DNA from: Alphaproteobacteria bacterium
GTDB lineage: Bacteria > Pseudomonadota > Alphaproteobacteria > Bin98
Assembly (NCBI GenBank): GCA_965261615.1
Contig: OZ253461.1
Location: forward strand, 750,761-814,760
Length of the DNA: 64,000 bases
Direction of reading: 5' to 3'
The position numbers were made by a program, and so were the translations under genes. The first letter of the stretch is position 1; every line of letters starts with the position of its first letter. Shown in pieces: positions 29,326 through 40,000 of this stretch. Under the pieces are notes generated by a model. It saw only the letters and a list, made by a program, of their open reading frames with translations. It did no database searches and was not told the DNA's origin.

Positions 29326-31128
29326 ATGTTTATATGCTTAATTATCTTTATTTTTGTAACTGGGTGCTGCTGGGATCACCATGTGCATACCATGGTAAAC
29401 CGTTTGAGAGAAGATGTTGTGGAAATGCAAAGTGAGGCTATTGCTAGGTGCTTTAACGATGGTGCTCTTGTGCAGGGTGAGGTGATAGATGCTGTTTTCA
29501 TCCCTCAAGAAATGAGTTTGTGTCAATTGCAGAGCCAATTGGACTCAGACGAAAAAAAGGTGTTGGGCGTACTAACGGCGAGTACTAAATCGGTGATTGT
29601 GAGCATATTGTGTGTCAAGCGTATAGAAAAAATTTTAGAATACAGCGAACAGTTGGGCCATGAGACACAAAGTGAATTGATGCGCTTAAAGTCTGTTATA
29701 TGCAACGAGCAAGTCCGATGGCTTGCCTTAGAATCTGAAAACCTTGAAAACTTACAATCCTTATTTCAAGAGAGTGGGCGTAAAAATCAAATATGCATGG
29801 GTTTTTATCGATTCTTACGTGACATACATGATTTGTGGGGGCTTCCTCAAGATGCTCTATCCGCTTTAAACCAAGATTCTAACTTTTTTATTTTTGTTCG
29901 TGGCGTTCTTAAAGAAACAGCAGGTATTTTGCGTGAGGAGGTCGAGCCTGTTCAAATGCGTGCTAATCTGGGGATAAAATACAGACAATGGGTTTGCCAG
30001 TTTCAAGAAACTAAGCTTTTGCTCGCTGAGATAATGGGTTGTTTTGGCATGTACTATGAGTGTGATGTTCCAGCTATTAAACAACCCATTATTGCTCAGA
30101 CCTGGGAAAGTGTAGCGCGTGTGTTTAATTTTTTTAAGGAACTGGAGGTTCACAAGCAGTATGATTTAGAGGTGTTTTCCGCTTATGTAGAGCGCTTGCT
30201 GGAAAACATCAAGACACAAGAGATGGAACAGTGTTGTGACGAGAGGGTTATACAGGACATTTTGGATAGCTGCTTAGAGTCTGCTTTTGTGCGTAGTGCG
30301 CTGTATCAAGTTGGAAGTCCTGATGAATGTAATAAAGCCATTCAGCTTGCTAAGTACTTATATGATTCTTGTACTGGAAAAAAGGTCTTTGATATGATAG
30401 TTCCTGCATCTCCGGTGATCCAAGTGGTTTGTGCTCTTGCTGGGCTTGATGTGCAAGGCTTTTGTGAACATTACCTTTGGAGTAATTGGGAGGCCCATTC
30501 TCGATTATCTTATGAGCCAATTTGTATAAGTACGAGTGTTTCGCCTATTTTCAGGCATGTGGTGCAATTGGCCCGCTGTGCGGACCGGTTCCAGAAGCTG
30601 CAAGATCCTGAGGCGATAGCGTGCTATAACCAAGAGGTTCCTCTGATGCAAAGGGTGCTTATAGGTGTGCGACATCTGTCGTGTGAGCCAGTGGTCGCAG
30701 TGCGAAATATTGCTACTTATGCGGGGTTCTGTATGTTTCTTCAACATAAGTTATTGCCAGCTGTGACCTCCAACTGCTTGGGAGTCTGTCTTCAAGAATT
30801 AGATGCTGACTTAGACATGAGACGCAAAGTTAATAAACCTTATGCAGAGTTAAGAGAATCGTCTTATTTTTATGTTCAGAATAAAGGATGGCTTGAACAC
30901 TCTTTAAGAACGGGCGAAGGTGTGAGCTCGTTAATAAAATCTTTTTTGAAAGGAGTAGACGAAGAGAATCTTATCGGATTTTTTAACGTTATGTATCACA
31001 CTCCACTTGGGTATATATTCAAGGCACTTGCGCAGCGCAACAAAAGAACTTTGCAAGAGTCAGGGTGTGGCGTGCAGTTTGGTGATGAACAGGTTAAGCA
31101 AGTCGCTCTTGACGTTTTTTCAACGTAG
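29326..31128 (+). CDS. secreted Cys-rich hypothetical protein, family C copy 1
   Basis: Hydrophobic N-terminus. LRExVxExQS, RANLG, DSCxES, YNQxVPxMQR and GVRxLxC are shared with the next two genes. Confidence 0.9.
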   Translation: MFICLIIFIFVTGCCWDHHVHTMVNRLREDVVEMQSEAIARCFNDGALVQGEVIDAVFIPQEMSLCQLQSQLDSDEKKVLGVLTASTKSVIVSILCVKRIEKILEYSEQLGHETQSELMRLKSVICNEQVRWLALESENLENLQSLFQESGRKNQICMGFYRFLRDIHDLWGLPQDALSALNQDSNFFIFVRGVLKETAGILREEVEPVQMRANLGIKYRQWVCQFQETKLLLAEIMGCFGMYYECDVPAIKQPIIAQTWESVARVFNFFKELEVHKQYDLEVFSAYVERLLENIKTQEMEQCCDERVIQDILDSCLESAFVRSALYQVGSPDECNKAIQLAKYLYDSCTGKKVFDMIVPASPVIQVVCALAGLDVQGFCEHYLWSNWEAHSRLSYEPICISTSVSPIFRHVVQLARCADRFQKLQDPEAIACYNQEVPLMQRVLIGVRHLSCEPVVAVRNIATYAGFCMFLQHKLLPAVTSNCLGVCLQELDADLDMRRKVNKPYAELRESSYFYVQNKGWLEHSLRTGEGVSSLIKSFLKGVDEENLIGFFNVMYHTPLGYIFKALAQRNKRTLQESGCGVQFGDEQVKQVALDVFST

Positions 31129-31186
31129 TTCTAATGAGGGCCTTTAGGTTTAGGCTCTTGGATATCCTGCTGTAGGTATTTTATAA

Positions 31187-31216
31187 TTGACGGAATAGGT
31201 GTGTTTGTCATACAAT
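31187..31216 (+). promoter_or_regulatory. sigma70-like promoter, leaderless geometry
   Basis: TTGACG-18-TACAAT-5 nt-ATG(31222). Confidence 0.7.
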
Positions 31217-31221
31217 GACAC

Positions 31222-33102
31222 ATGATTCTATATATATCTGTATTTGTTGTTTTTTTAGATTGTTGGGCTTCTCAAGACCTTAATCAAGGTGAACGGGCTC
31301 TTCAAGAGGCTGCAGTATATTTGCGAGAAGGTGTCGTTGAGATGCAGAGCAAGATCATTGCGCAACATTTTAAAGAAAGTGAGCTCGTGCACAGTAAGAT
31401 GGTCAGCGCTGCTCCCCTTCCGCATAATAGCAGTATTGCGGTGTTGTTAGCAGGGGTGCGGTCACGTGCTGCACAGGTGTTGAGCGTACTAATGGCTACA
31501 TCTAAATCTTTAGTGGTGAGTAGTGCTTGTCTACAAAAAATAGAAGAACTCTTAAGAGAATGTTGCCTGCGTGATAAGGTTCAGCTAGACCTGAAGAGGT
31601 TAAAAGATGTAATACATAATGAGCAAAAGAGGTGGGTTACGCTTGAGATGGATGGAGTTGAGCCTTTACAGAGACTTTTTCACGAGAGTCGGCGTAAATA
31701 TGCGGTGAGCTTTGAGTTTCTCGATTCTTTGCGTGCACTCGACGCACAGTGGGGTATTGGTCAGGATGGACGGTGCTATTTTGACCCGGATTCTAACTTT
31801 TTTCTTTTGGCGTATGATGTTCTAAAAGAGGCTGAAGTCGCTATGTATAATGAGGTTAATGAATGCCAAAAACGCGCCAATTTGGGCCTGTCCTGTGATC
31901 AGTGGGGGGGGGATTTTCAGAGTAGTGAGAAACAATTGTCTAAATTTATGTGCGCTTTTGGCATGTCCTGTGAGTGCACTGTTCCTGAAATTTCTATGCC
32001 AGAGAGGGAAAACACCTGGAAAAATGTAGCTCAGGTGTTTGAGTTTTTTAAAAGCCAAGAGTCCTACAGGGATTATGACTTAACACTGCTTAGTGATTAT
32101 ATATTGGATTTATTAAAAAAAATTTGTATCTCGCAGGAGATGGAAAAGTGCGGAGATGAACGATGCTTACAGCTTATTGTGGATAGTTGTGTGGAGTCTG
32201 GGTTAGTGCGTGTGGCAATGTTTCGAGCAACGCTACTGCGAGGTGTGGATCTTGCGAGTGAGCGCTTTTGTTGGGAGGGGTCAAATATGATTTTTGAATG
32301 GAATATTTCTACAGAACCGGTGAGGTTTGCTGTGTCTTTGCTTGCAAGACCGGATAAACTGGCGTGGTGTGACTTATATTTGAGAGAGAGGCTTGTTTCT
32401 TCATCTAAGGTTCCGTATGCCCCTGTGTGTGTGAACAGTAGCTTGGTTCATACGTTTCTGCATATGGAATTTTTAATCGAGGCTGCTGGGTGCTTTCAAC
32501 TGCTTAAAGATCCGGAAGCTGTAGCATGCTATAATCAGTATGTCCCTGAAATGCAAAGGCTTTTTCTGGGTGTTCGTGAATTGTCTTGTGAGCGAGCAAT
32601 CATCAATCTAGGGAGGCCTACTTACGCGAGTGCTTGTGCCTTTGTGCGACAGAACGTATTACGGGCAGTAATATCAAGACTCTTAAAGCAGTGTATGGAA
32701 AATCTAGGAGTAAGCCCGGATATGATTCAAAAGGTTAGCAAGCCCTATGAAGAGGTGCGCGCTGCTTCTTCTTTTTATGTTGAGAATCGTGAGTGGCTGA
32801 GTCGGGTTATAACTACAGGAGAAGGCGCGAGCTTTTTGATAAAGTCTTTTTTGAGCGAAATTACAGAGGATATGCAAGAAGGTTTCTTGGACGTTATGCA
32901 TACAACAGCACTGGGGGAGATACTTCACGAGCTCATACAATATAACCAGAGATCGATTCAAGAGACAGGTCAAGGGGTGCAGTTTTTTGGTGAGGAAGAG
33001 TATAAGCAGGGAGTACTTCAGGAGTTTTGTGATTTGCGGATGCAGGGCGAGATAAGAATCGAAGATATTAGGTTGTGCTTACCAGGAGAGAGTAACGTTT
33101 AA
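31222..33102 (+). CDS. secreted Cys-rich hypothetical protein, family C copy 2
   Basis: Signal peptide MILYISVFVVFLDCWA; family C motifs. Confidence 0.9.
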   Translation: MILYISVFVVFLDCWASQDLNQGERALQEAAVYLREGVVEMQSKIIAQHFKESELVHSKMVSAAPLPHNSSIAVLLAGVRSRAAQVLSVLMATSKSLVVSSACLQKIEELLRECCLRDKVQLDLKRLKDVIHNEQKRWVTLEMDGVEPLQRLFHESRRKYAVSFEFLDSLRALDAQWGIGQDGRCYFDPDSNFFLLAYDVLKEAEVAMYNEVNECQKRANLGLSCDQWGGDFQSSEKQLSKFMCAFGMSCECTVPEISMPERENTWKNVAQVFEFFKSQESYRDYDLTLLSDYILDLLKKICISQEMEKCGDERCLQLIVDSCVESGLVRVAMFRATLLRGVDLASERFCWEGSNMIFEWNISTEPVRFAVSLLARPDKLAWCDLYLRERLVSSSKVPYAPVCVNSSLVHTFLHMEFLIEAAGCFQLLKDPEAVACYNQYVPEMQRLFLGVRELSCERAIINLGRPTYASACAFVRQNVLRAVISRLLKQCMENLGVSPDMIQKVSKPYEEVRAASSFYVENREWLSRVITTGEGASFLIKSFLSEITEDMQEGFLDVMHTTALGEILHELIQYNQRSIQETGQGVQFFGEEEYKQGVLQEFCDLRMQGEIRIEDIRLCLPGESNV

Positions 33103-33124
33103 AAGCATTGCCTACTTAATTGAT

Positions 33125-33153
33125 TTGACTAAACTAATTAAGTGTTGTAAATT
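33125..33153 (+). promoter_or_regulatory. sigma70-like promoter, near-leaderless
   Basis: TTGACT-17-TAAATT-8 nt-ATG(33162). Confidence 0.55.
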
Positions 33154-33161
33154 ATCTTAGT

Positions 33162-34958
33162 ATGTATGTATTCTGTGTTTTTGTTGTCCTAGGGTGTTGG
33201 TCCTCTCAAGCCCTTGTTCAAAGTGAGTGTGCCCTTCAAGAGGCTGCGGTATATTTGCGTGAGGGTGTTATTGAGCTGCAGAGCGATATGATTGCGCAAC
33301 GTTTTAATGAAAGTGTGTTTGTGCAAAATAAATTGGTAGGCGCTATAACTCCTCCAAGGGAAATAAGTATACAAGCGCTACAGGAGGGCACGAGCTCGCG
33401 CGCTGAAAAGGTGTTGCGTGTATTAATGGCTATTTCCAAAATTATTGCTGTCAGCGATGCTTGTGTATTTCAAATAGACAATACTTTGGACAGTAGCGGT
33501 CAGTTGCAACGAGAGGTGCAATCGGATCTTATGGCATTAAAAAACGTAATCCACCATGAAAAAAAGAGAATAACCACGCTAGATCTAGAGGCGGTAGAGG
33601 GGTTGCAAGGTATGTTTCATATGAGCAGACGTAAATGTGAGGTCAGCCTTGATTTTTTGAAGTATTTGAATGATTTAAGGACTGACTGGCGAGGAACTCA
33701 AGATGGTTGGTGCATTTCAGACGCTAACTTTTTAGTACTCGTTGATGATGTTTTAAAAGAAGCTGCAAGAGTCGTGTGCGACGAAGCTAACGAATGCCAA
33801 AAACGGGCGAATTTGGGCTTGTCACATGAAAAATGGCCTTTGTTATTTCGCGAAACTGGGAAGACCCTTGCTGAACTTATGGAGGCTTTTGGTCTGCAAG
33901 GCGAATTTGTAATTCCAGAAATTAGCCTTCCACAGGTGGAGCAAACATGGGAGAGAGTGTTGCAGGTGTTTGATTTTTTAAGGCAGCAAGAGTTTCATAA
34001 GGGGTATGACCTCTACGTGTTTAGTGCTTACATAGAGGAGTTGCGGAAAAAGGTTATTAACAAGGAGCTTGAAGACTGTAACGATGAGAACATTTTGCAG
34101 GGCATTATGGATAGTTGCATAGAGTCTGGGTTAGTGCGTGCAGCAGTGTTTAATTCGTTTTTTTCAGAGATCATGCCGTCTTGTAAGTGTGGTCATGCTG
34201 CGTATGAATGGAGTGTTGATCCAGACTGGGTTAAATTTACGGTTTGTCTGTTTGCAAGTGCGGATAAGAGCACATGGTGCTGGTTGTATTTGGAAGACCG
34301 TTTGGCTAGAGAATCTAAGTGCATTTGTGATCCTATTTTCGTCAATGTTAGCCTTGACCCTATTTTTTCCGAGATGCAAAAATTTGCAAGTTATGCTCAG
34401 TGGGTTCAAAGAATTCAAGACCCCGTCGTTATATCAGAGTACAATCAATGTGTTCCTGTTATGCAAAGACTGTGGGTAGGGGTGCGAGAGTTGACGTGTA
34501 CGCCACTGGCAATATGTGCAGGTGAGCCAACTTATGCAAATGTGTGTCTGTTTGTGCTACAGCACCTGCATCGGGCTGTAGCTTCGGTATATTTGGCAGA
34601 CCTTGTAAGAGAGTTAGCGGGGTGTTGGCTAAGTACGCATAAAATTCTTGGGACGTATGACAGGGTCCAGGCTGCTTCTCGTGTGTATCTAGAGCAGCGG
34701 TCATGGCTTGACCGCGCTTTAGAAGGAGGAGCCGGAGTTAGCAGTCTATTAAGGTTTTTTTTGAAAGATGTGACAATCGAACTTCTCCCCAGTTTTTTCT
34801 ATGTTATGCAGAATACAGCGCTCGGGGTCATATTGACGGAACTTGCTCAACACAACGAAAGAGCTCTTTTATCCGGAGGTGGAGTGAGTTTTTCAGGATA
34901 TAAGCAAGCAATTGTAGATGTAATTTTGACTAATGCTTCTAATAGTTTATCTTTGTAA
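33162..34958 (+). CDS. secreted Cys-rich hypothetical protein, family C copy 3
   Basis: Signal peptide MYVFCVFVVLGCWSS; ALQEAAVYLREGV identical to copy 2. Confidence 0.9.
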   Translation: MYVFCVFVVLGCWSSQALVQSECALQEAAVYLREGVIELQSDMIAQRFNESVFVQNKLVGAITPPREISIQALQEGTSSRAEKVLRVLMAISKIIAVSDACVFQIDNTLDSSGQLQREVQSDLMALKNVIHHEKKRITTLDLEAVEGLQGMFHMSRRKCEVSLDFLKYLNDLRTDWRGTQDGWCISDANFLVLVDDVLKEAARVVCDEANECQKRANLGLSHEKWPLLFRETGKTLAELMEAFGLQGEFVIPEISLPQVEQTWERVLQVFDFLRQQEFHKGYDLYVFSAYIEELRKKVINKELEDCNDENILQGIMDSCIESGLVRAAVFNSFFSEIMPSCKCGHAAYEWSVDPDWVKFTVCLFASADKSTWCWLYLEDRLARESKCICDPIFVNVSLDPIFSEMQKFASYAQWVQRIQDPVVISEYNQCVPVMQRLWVGVRELTCTPLAICAGEPTYANVCLFVLQHLHRAVASVYLADLVRELAGCWLSTHKILGTYDRVQAASRVYLEQRSWLDRALEGGAGVSSLLRFFLKDVTIELLPSFFYVMQNTALGVILTELAQHNERALLSGGGVSFSGYKQAIVDVILTNASNSLSL

Positions 34959-35936
34959 TTCTTTTTTTATTTTGTCAATTTCTTTTTTCGTTTTATCAGA
35001 AGGTTGAGCTGATTTATATGGCCTGTAAGCTGGAGAGCATTGCTTCAGTTGTGTTGAAAAATCCTGTACTTCTTCGGGTGTTATTTCTAGGGATTTGAGG
35101 GTGTCGGTGATGCGTATATGAGGTGAGTAGCGCGCAACTAAATCGCCAATAAATCCGTATCGAGCCGCTTTATCTTCTGAAGAATCTAAAAGAAGTGATG
35201 TGTTTGATATCGCTTTGTTTAGCGCAACTGTATGAGGTGTCGGTGAGGACGCATTTACCATAGAATAGGTTTGTGAAGATCTTTTCTCATCGAGTAGCCA
35301 TGACTTCCCAAGCGCTTTTAGTGTGTTTACAATCTCTAACTGCGTTATAGATCCCGCTAAATGATGAATAATGCTCTCCATGCTAAAAAACGCAGGATGG
35401 ATGCATTCTATAAGGGTACAAATGAGATTCAACCACGCTTGGCGTTTTTTTGTGTACTCTACGAGGGTTAGATGTTGCTCGTTTGGAAGGTTAAACACAT
35501 TGGACGGAGAGGAACTTTGGGTTAGCGGGAGTATAGTTTGTGCGAGTTCATCAAACTTGCAGGGCTTTTCTCTAAACATTTGAAGATCATATGATAAAAT
35601 TTTCTCTTCTAATGGCTTCAGTGTATGATCTTTATTTTGATGGATTGTGGCCATCGCGCGTTTAGAAGCTTTGTCAAGAATCGCTAACTGTTGCTCTTCG
35701 CTGAATCTAACGGATTGAAATAGAGTGTAGTAGTCTACTTCGCCGCGCGAAAGGAGGTTTGCGCCTATGTCAACTGGGGTGATTCTTGGTGCGGGGCGCT
35801 TTTGCTGGAGGGCCGCTAAATAGTCCGCTGGGGAAACTAAGGCAAAACTATTTGAGGGGTTGCTAGCAAGCTCGGTGCGGAAGCCAGGAGTGGCACAGTG
35901 TATGTATGTGAAAATAAATAGAACTAATAAAATCAT
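34947..35936 (-). CDS. secreted hypothetical protein, family D
   Basis: Signal peptide MILLVLFIFTYIHCA with TGcTATCCT 5 nt upstream. DYxTxFQxxR, RAMxxI and CxHPxFFS are shared with the 36014 gene. 3' end overlaps the convergent gene by 12 nt. Confidence 0.85.
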   Translation of the reverse strand: MILLVLFIFTYIHCATPGFRTELASNPSNSFALVSPADYLAALQQKRPAPRITPVDIGANLLSRGEVDYYTLFQSVRFSEEQQLAILDKASKRAMATIHQNKDHTLKPLEEKILSYDLQMFREKPCKFDELAQTILPLTQSSSPSNVFNLPNEQHLTLVEYTKKRQAWLNLICTLIECIHPAFFSMESIIHHLAGSITQLEIVNTLKALGKSWLLDEKRSSQTYSMVNASSPTPHTVALNKAISNTSLLLDSSEDKAARYGFIGDLVARYSPHIRITDTLKSLEITPEEVQDFSTQLKQCSPAYRPYKSAQPSDKTKKEIDKIKKELQR

Positions 35937-36013
35937 GCGATAGGATAGCATTCTTTTTTACAAATCGATAGTTCAGTTACATGCGATAATTAGTTGTTTT
36001 TGCAGCTTGTTGT

Positions 36014-37048
36014 TTAAATGTCGACGTGAGTTGTTTGTAGTATCAGCAGGTTTTTAAAGTTTTTGCGGAAGGCTTGAGTAGGGGTTCCTTTTTGCTGTTC
36101 GAATTTCTTGGCAGCCTCCTTGAGCTTAGATAAGGTTTTTGGAGCAACGACTGTGGGGGGGAGCGGTTGCGCTTTGTGTGTTTGTAAGGATTTGTCTGAT
36201 ACAAAAAACTCCACATCTGATGCGTCTACACTGATGATTTTTGCGGCTGTTCCACAGTCAACGTAAGGGTAAAAGGTCCTTAAAAATCTGTTGAGTGGAG
36301 CAGAAAGGCGCTCGCATTTCATCGTCGGGTCTTCATGTGATTTAAGTGCTGTGGTTACATCTGCAGTGACACTGAGTATGCGCAAATCCATAGTTTCCTG
36401 TGCATAAACCTGATCATATTTTGTGGTGGATGTTTGAGGTGTGACTGGCTCGTATGGCCTGTTTTCAAGGTCAGCTCTTATCCAGGATACGCCCTTATTT
36501 TCCGCGTAATGCTCTACTTCTTGCAAGAAGATCACGTTCTTGAAGCTGTTGTCGTTTAAAACGAGGGTTAGGGAGAAAAATTCCGGATGAGAACATGCGC
36601 TTAATTGGGCAAGGGCATCAAGGGTCCTTTGCTTGCAATCTATGTAGCTGTCAATGGCGATGTGGTGCTGAGGCCGGATTTTATGCTTACATCCTTGGTA
36701 AGTTTCTTGAAACTCAGGTAGTGATTCAAAGGGTAGGCTTTTAAACTCGGGGATGTTGTATTGCTGCGCTAAATCCAGCACTGTGATTATATGACGGTGC
36801 AGTGATTCTATCTTGAGGTCTATTGCCTGCATAGCGCGTGCTGTATATACTGTGAGTATTATTTTTTGAAGTGGGTCAGGTACACGAATTTGTTGAAATA
36901 TTGTGTGATAATCTAAGCCAGTTTCTATCATAATAGTGGTTATAGATTCCACAAGAGCTGCTTGAGAGTTCGTTAATGGGGTTTCGTGCACTTCTGCACC
37001 AAATGCGGAAAAAAAAGAAAAAAAAGTTAGAAGGATAAAGTGGCTCAT
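36014..37048 (-). CDS. secreted hypothetical protein, family D
   Basis: Signal peptide MSHFILLTFFSFFSAFGA; paralog of the 34947 gene. Confidence 0.87.
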   Translation of the reverse strand: MSHFILLTFFSFFSAFGAEVHETPLTNSQAALVESITTIMIETGLDYHTIFQQIRVPDPLQKIILTVYTARAMQAIDLKIESLHRHIITVLDLAQQYNIPEFKSLPFESLPEFQETYQGCKHKIRPQHHIAIDSYIDCKQRTLDALAQLSACSHPEFFSLTLVLNDNSFKNVIFLQEVEHYAENKGVSWIRADLENRPYEPVTPQTSTTKYDQVYAQETMDLRILSVTADVTTALKSHEDPTMKCERLSAPLNRFLRTFYPYVDCGTAAKIISVDASDVEFFVSDKSLQTHKAQPLPPTVVAPKTLSKLKEAAKKFEQQKGTPTQAFRKNFKNLLILQTTHVDI

Positions 37049-37053
37049 AACTC

Positions 37054-37082
37054 AACGTATCATGACTTAAGTTCTGGAGCAA
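37054..37082 (-). promoter_or_regulatory. sigma70-like promoter, leaderless geometry
   Basis: TTGCTC-17-TACGTT-5 nt-ATG(37048), TG extension. Confidence 0.55.
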
Positions 37083-37091
37083 GCTAAGGGG

Positions 37092-40000
37092 CTATAGCCT
37101 CTCTTTACTGTGGAGGTGTTGTCTTTTTTCGGGAGAAGTGTCTTCATCTTTTAGAGAGCAGCGTTTGCCTAAAATAGAATCAGAGCTTTTAACGAGACCT
37201 GACTGTTGAAAAGGGTGGCATGTTTTGCAAAAATCCTGGCTAGTACATGTTGTGGGCATTACAGGAAGAGAGGTAATTAAACTTTGTAAGAGCGATGGTT
37301 GTTCACTAGGGAGAATCGATGTGACTAAACACGCGTGGTCTGGAGATTGCTGTGCGTGTAATTTTTGAGTTAAGTGGTTAAATCTTTTTTGTGGTGCTAA
37401 AGAGTTGTGTAGTATATGCCACTTGATGATCTCAGACGAGGGTTTGATCACGGAAAGTTGTTGAAACATCAAATAGTGCATGGACGAAAATGACATCTGT
37501 TGTGCACGCTTCCTTATAGATTCATTGAACTTTTGGCAAGTCTGGTGTGGGTCTTCGCTAATTATATGAAGGATATGAGCGACTTGTATAGCTTGCCTTA
37601 AACTATAGACGGTGTTTGGAAGCAGCCCTTGTGAGTGCTGGAGAAGGTTTGATCTTAGTGGGGACAAGCTAAAGCTAGTAGAGGATAGTGTATGTGCGCA
37701 GAAAAGAAACTCTCCTAACAAAGGGAAAGTGGCAATGGCTGAAGCTTTTTCTGGGTGAGTGAGTAGAAAGTCGAAGGTGTCGTAAGTTCGGGACATAACA
37801 GCTTCTTCAGAAGAGACTTCCTGAAGGGATAAAGGGCGCGTGAGAAAAGAGTTTATAAATGGCAATAAGTGGTATATTGACCCGTACTTAAAAGGAACTT
37901 GGATCCACCTGGATATAATACTTGTTAGTGTGCCCTCTAAAAAGATCGGTCCTTTGTGAGGAGGTTGTAAAAGCTTTTTGGGGTAAGACTTTCCTGTGAT
38001 ATTTGCATGTTGTGACAGGAGGTGAGCTGCTATTTGTGATGTGAGCTCGGACTGTGGTTCAGCTGCTAAAATATCTTCTGGGGATATCGCAAGCGGGGGT
38101 GTTTGTTGGCAAGGGGCTGTGATGTGAGGAAAAAAGTGTGAAATAATAGTGGCAAACCAGTCGTTGCTTGCTTGGTTAAGGGGGCGTGATGTGATTTGGC
38201 TCACAAATGTGGAGAGGCTGGAGTATATTTCAGGGGATTTCTCGCTATAAATCTTATACTGCATTTTGTACGTTTGATCTAAGGCGGCTTCTATAGAATA
38301 GATCAATATATAAAAATCATTAGGACCTGGGGGGGCTTTCTTGGTGGAGTGATGAGCTTCAAAAAGAAAGAGATCAAGAGGCATAGTTCTGTGATGCAAC
38401 ATGACTATGGCTTTGATTACTGTGAGTAAAGCATTGCTAATGTGTGCGGGCGATGCACAAGCAGCGTTGTGCATTGCGGCAAGATCTTGTATAGATATGT
38501 GAATTGAATGCTGAGGTTTGTTTTGGAGTCCAATATGAGTTTGCAATAGTTTGCAGCTATTCTGTGTATCGGTTAATAGATCTGTCAGAATGCAATAAAG
38601 GCTTTCGTGAAAAGATTTCATATCCTCTTCGTTGGCAGGGAGATGGATGGTGATGGGGAGGGGCATGCGTTTTAAGGGAGCAGGAGGTGGGTCAACAGAT
38701 TCGGCAGTCACGTTTGTGTGCGGGGTAGTGTGCTCTTTCATATATGCAAAATACTCTTGGAGCCTATTGTGATGTTGGTAGATTGGAAGCACTACGTTAA
38801 GGGTATGTTGAGAGACTCCTAGGGAGGATAGCTCATCGTGAATGGCACTTGCAAAGTTAGGTCTTTTGTCGTTGAAGTTGTTTTCATATAAGAGCGTGCT
38901 GGGACTAATAATCCCTAGGATTCGGCTTGCACTTATACGACCAAAAGGTTGGACTATTTGAGAAAAAACATGATGTAGAGATGACTCTGTGGGGAGACCA
39001 AATCTTTGGAAAATAGAGGGAGTGGATAAATCGGGAGCAAGGCGTGTCAGTACGAGTACAGCCTTGATATGCTTGAGAACGTGTGCGCTAGAGGGGGAGT
39101 CTGATACTTGGTTTACAAGCGATAGGATACTGCTGTTCAGAGGGCTACTGTTATGCTGTATTAGGTAAAAAATTCCTAACATGTTTTCACAGATAGACGT
39201 GACCGCTTCTTTCTCCTCAAAAAGTGCTTGAGAAAGCAGACAGAGAGCTGTAGGGGCGTCATCCGGGTTTTGGCAAGAGGAAAACTTAGAAATAAAATCT
39301 TGAAAAAAAGCAGGTGAACAATATGGAGTTTGGAGCATCTTTTGTGCTAGTTGGTTGGCGTGAGTTTGTAACTGTGATAGCAGGAAGGTGTGGCAAACAG
39401 AGAGCGGTGATATTGTGATAATTATTTCGAGATTGAGATCTAGTGATAACGTGCTTATGCTGTCAATGCACTTTTTTGTTGTTTCTTCCATTTTGTGAAG
39501 AATCGATCGAGAGTTTTGGGGTTGTGTTAGCGGTGTTGATGTTGAGCCGTCACTTTTTCTTATGCGTGATCGTGTAATTCGAATAGAGCCTTCTAATAGG
39601 GTTGGGGTTATAGATAACGCACTTGCTCTAGAATATGTTTGTTGCGCAAGAGTATCCTTCATCCACTGAAGAGTTTCTTCGAGAGCGTTCTCCCTCCTTT
39701 GTGAGAGAGTGCTAACTTCGGACACAAGTATACAACTGTTACACAGTAGTTTTAATGTGTGGTTACAGGAGTGTAAGCGCGTTTTGCTTGGCAGGATAAG
39801 TGTCCAGGCATGCCAGTGCCATAAAGTAAATTCTTTTATAAGCTGAAGTGTTTTATGTGTATTTTGTATGGCTTCTATAATGTTTGTTCGGGCTTTGTTG
39901 AATGTATTATCATAAGGGCTCCAGAGCTTATCTATCTCCTTTTTCGTAGGCGGGTGAGCCTGTGTTATGAGGTGCGCCCAACTGGCGGGCAAAAGTGGTG

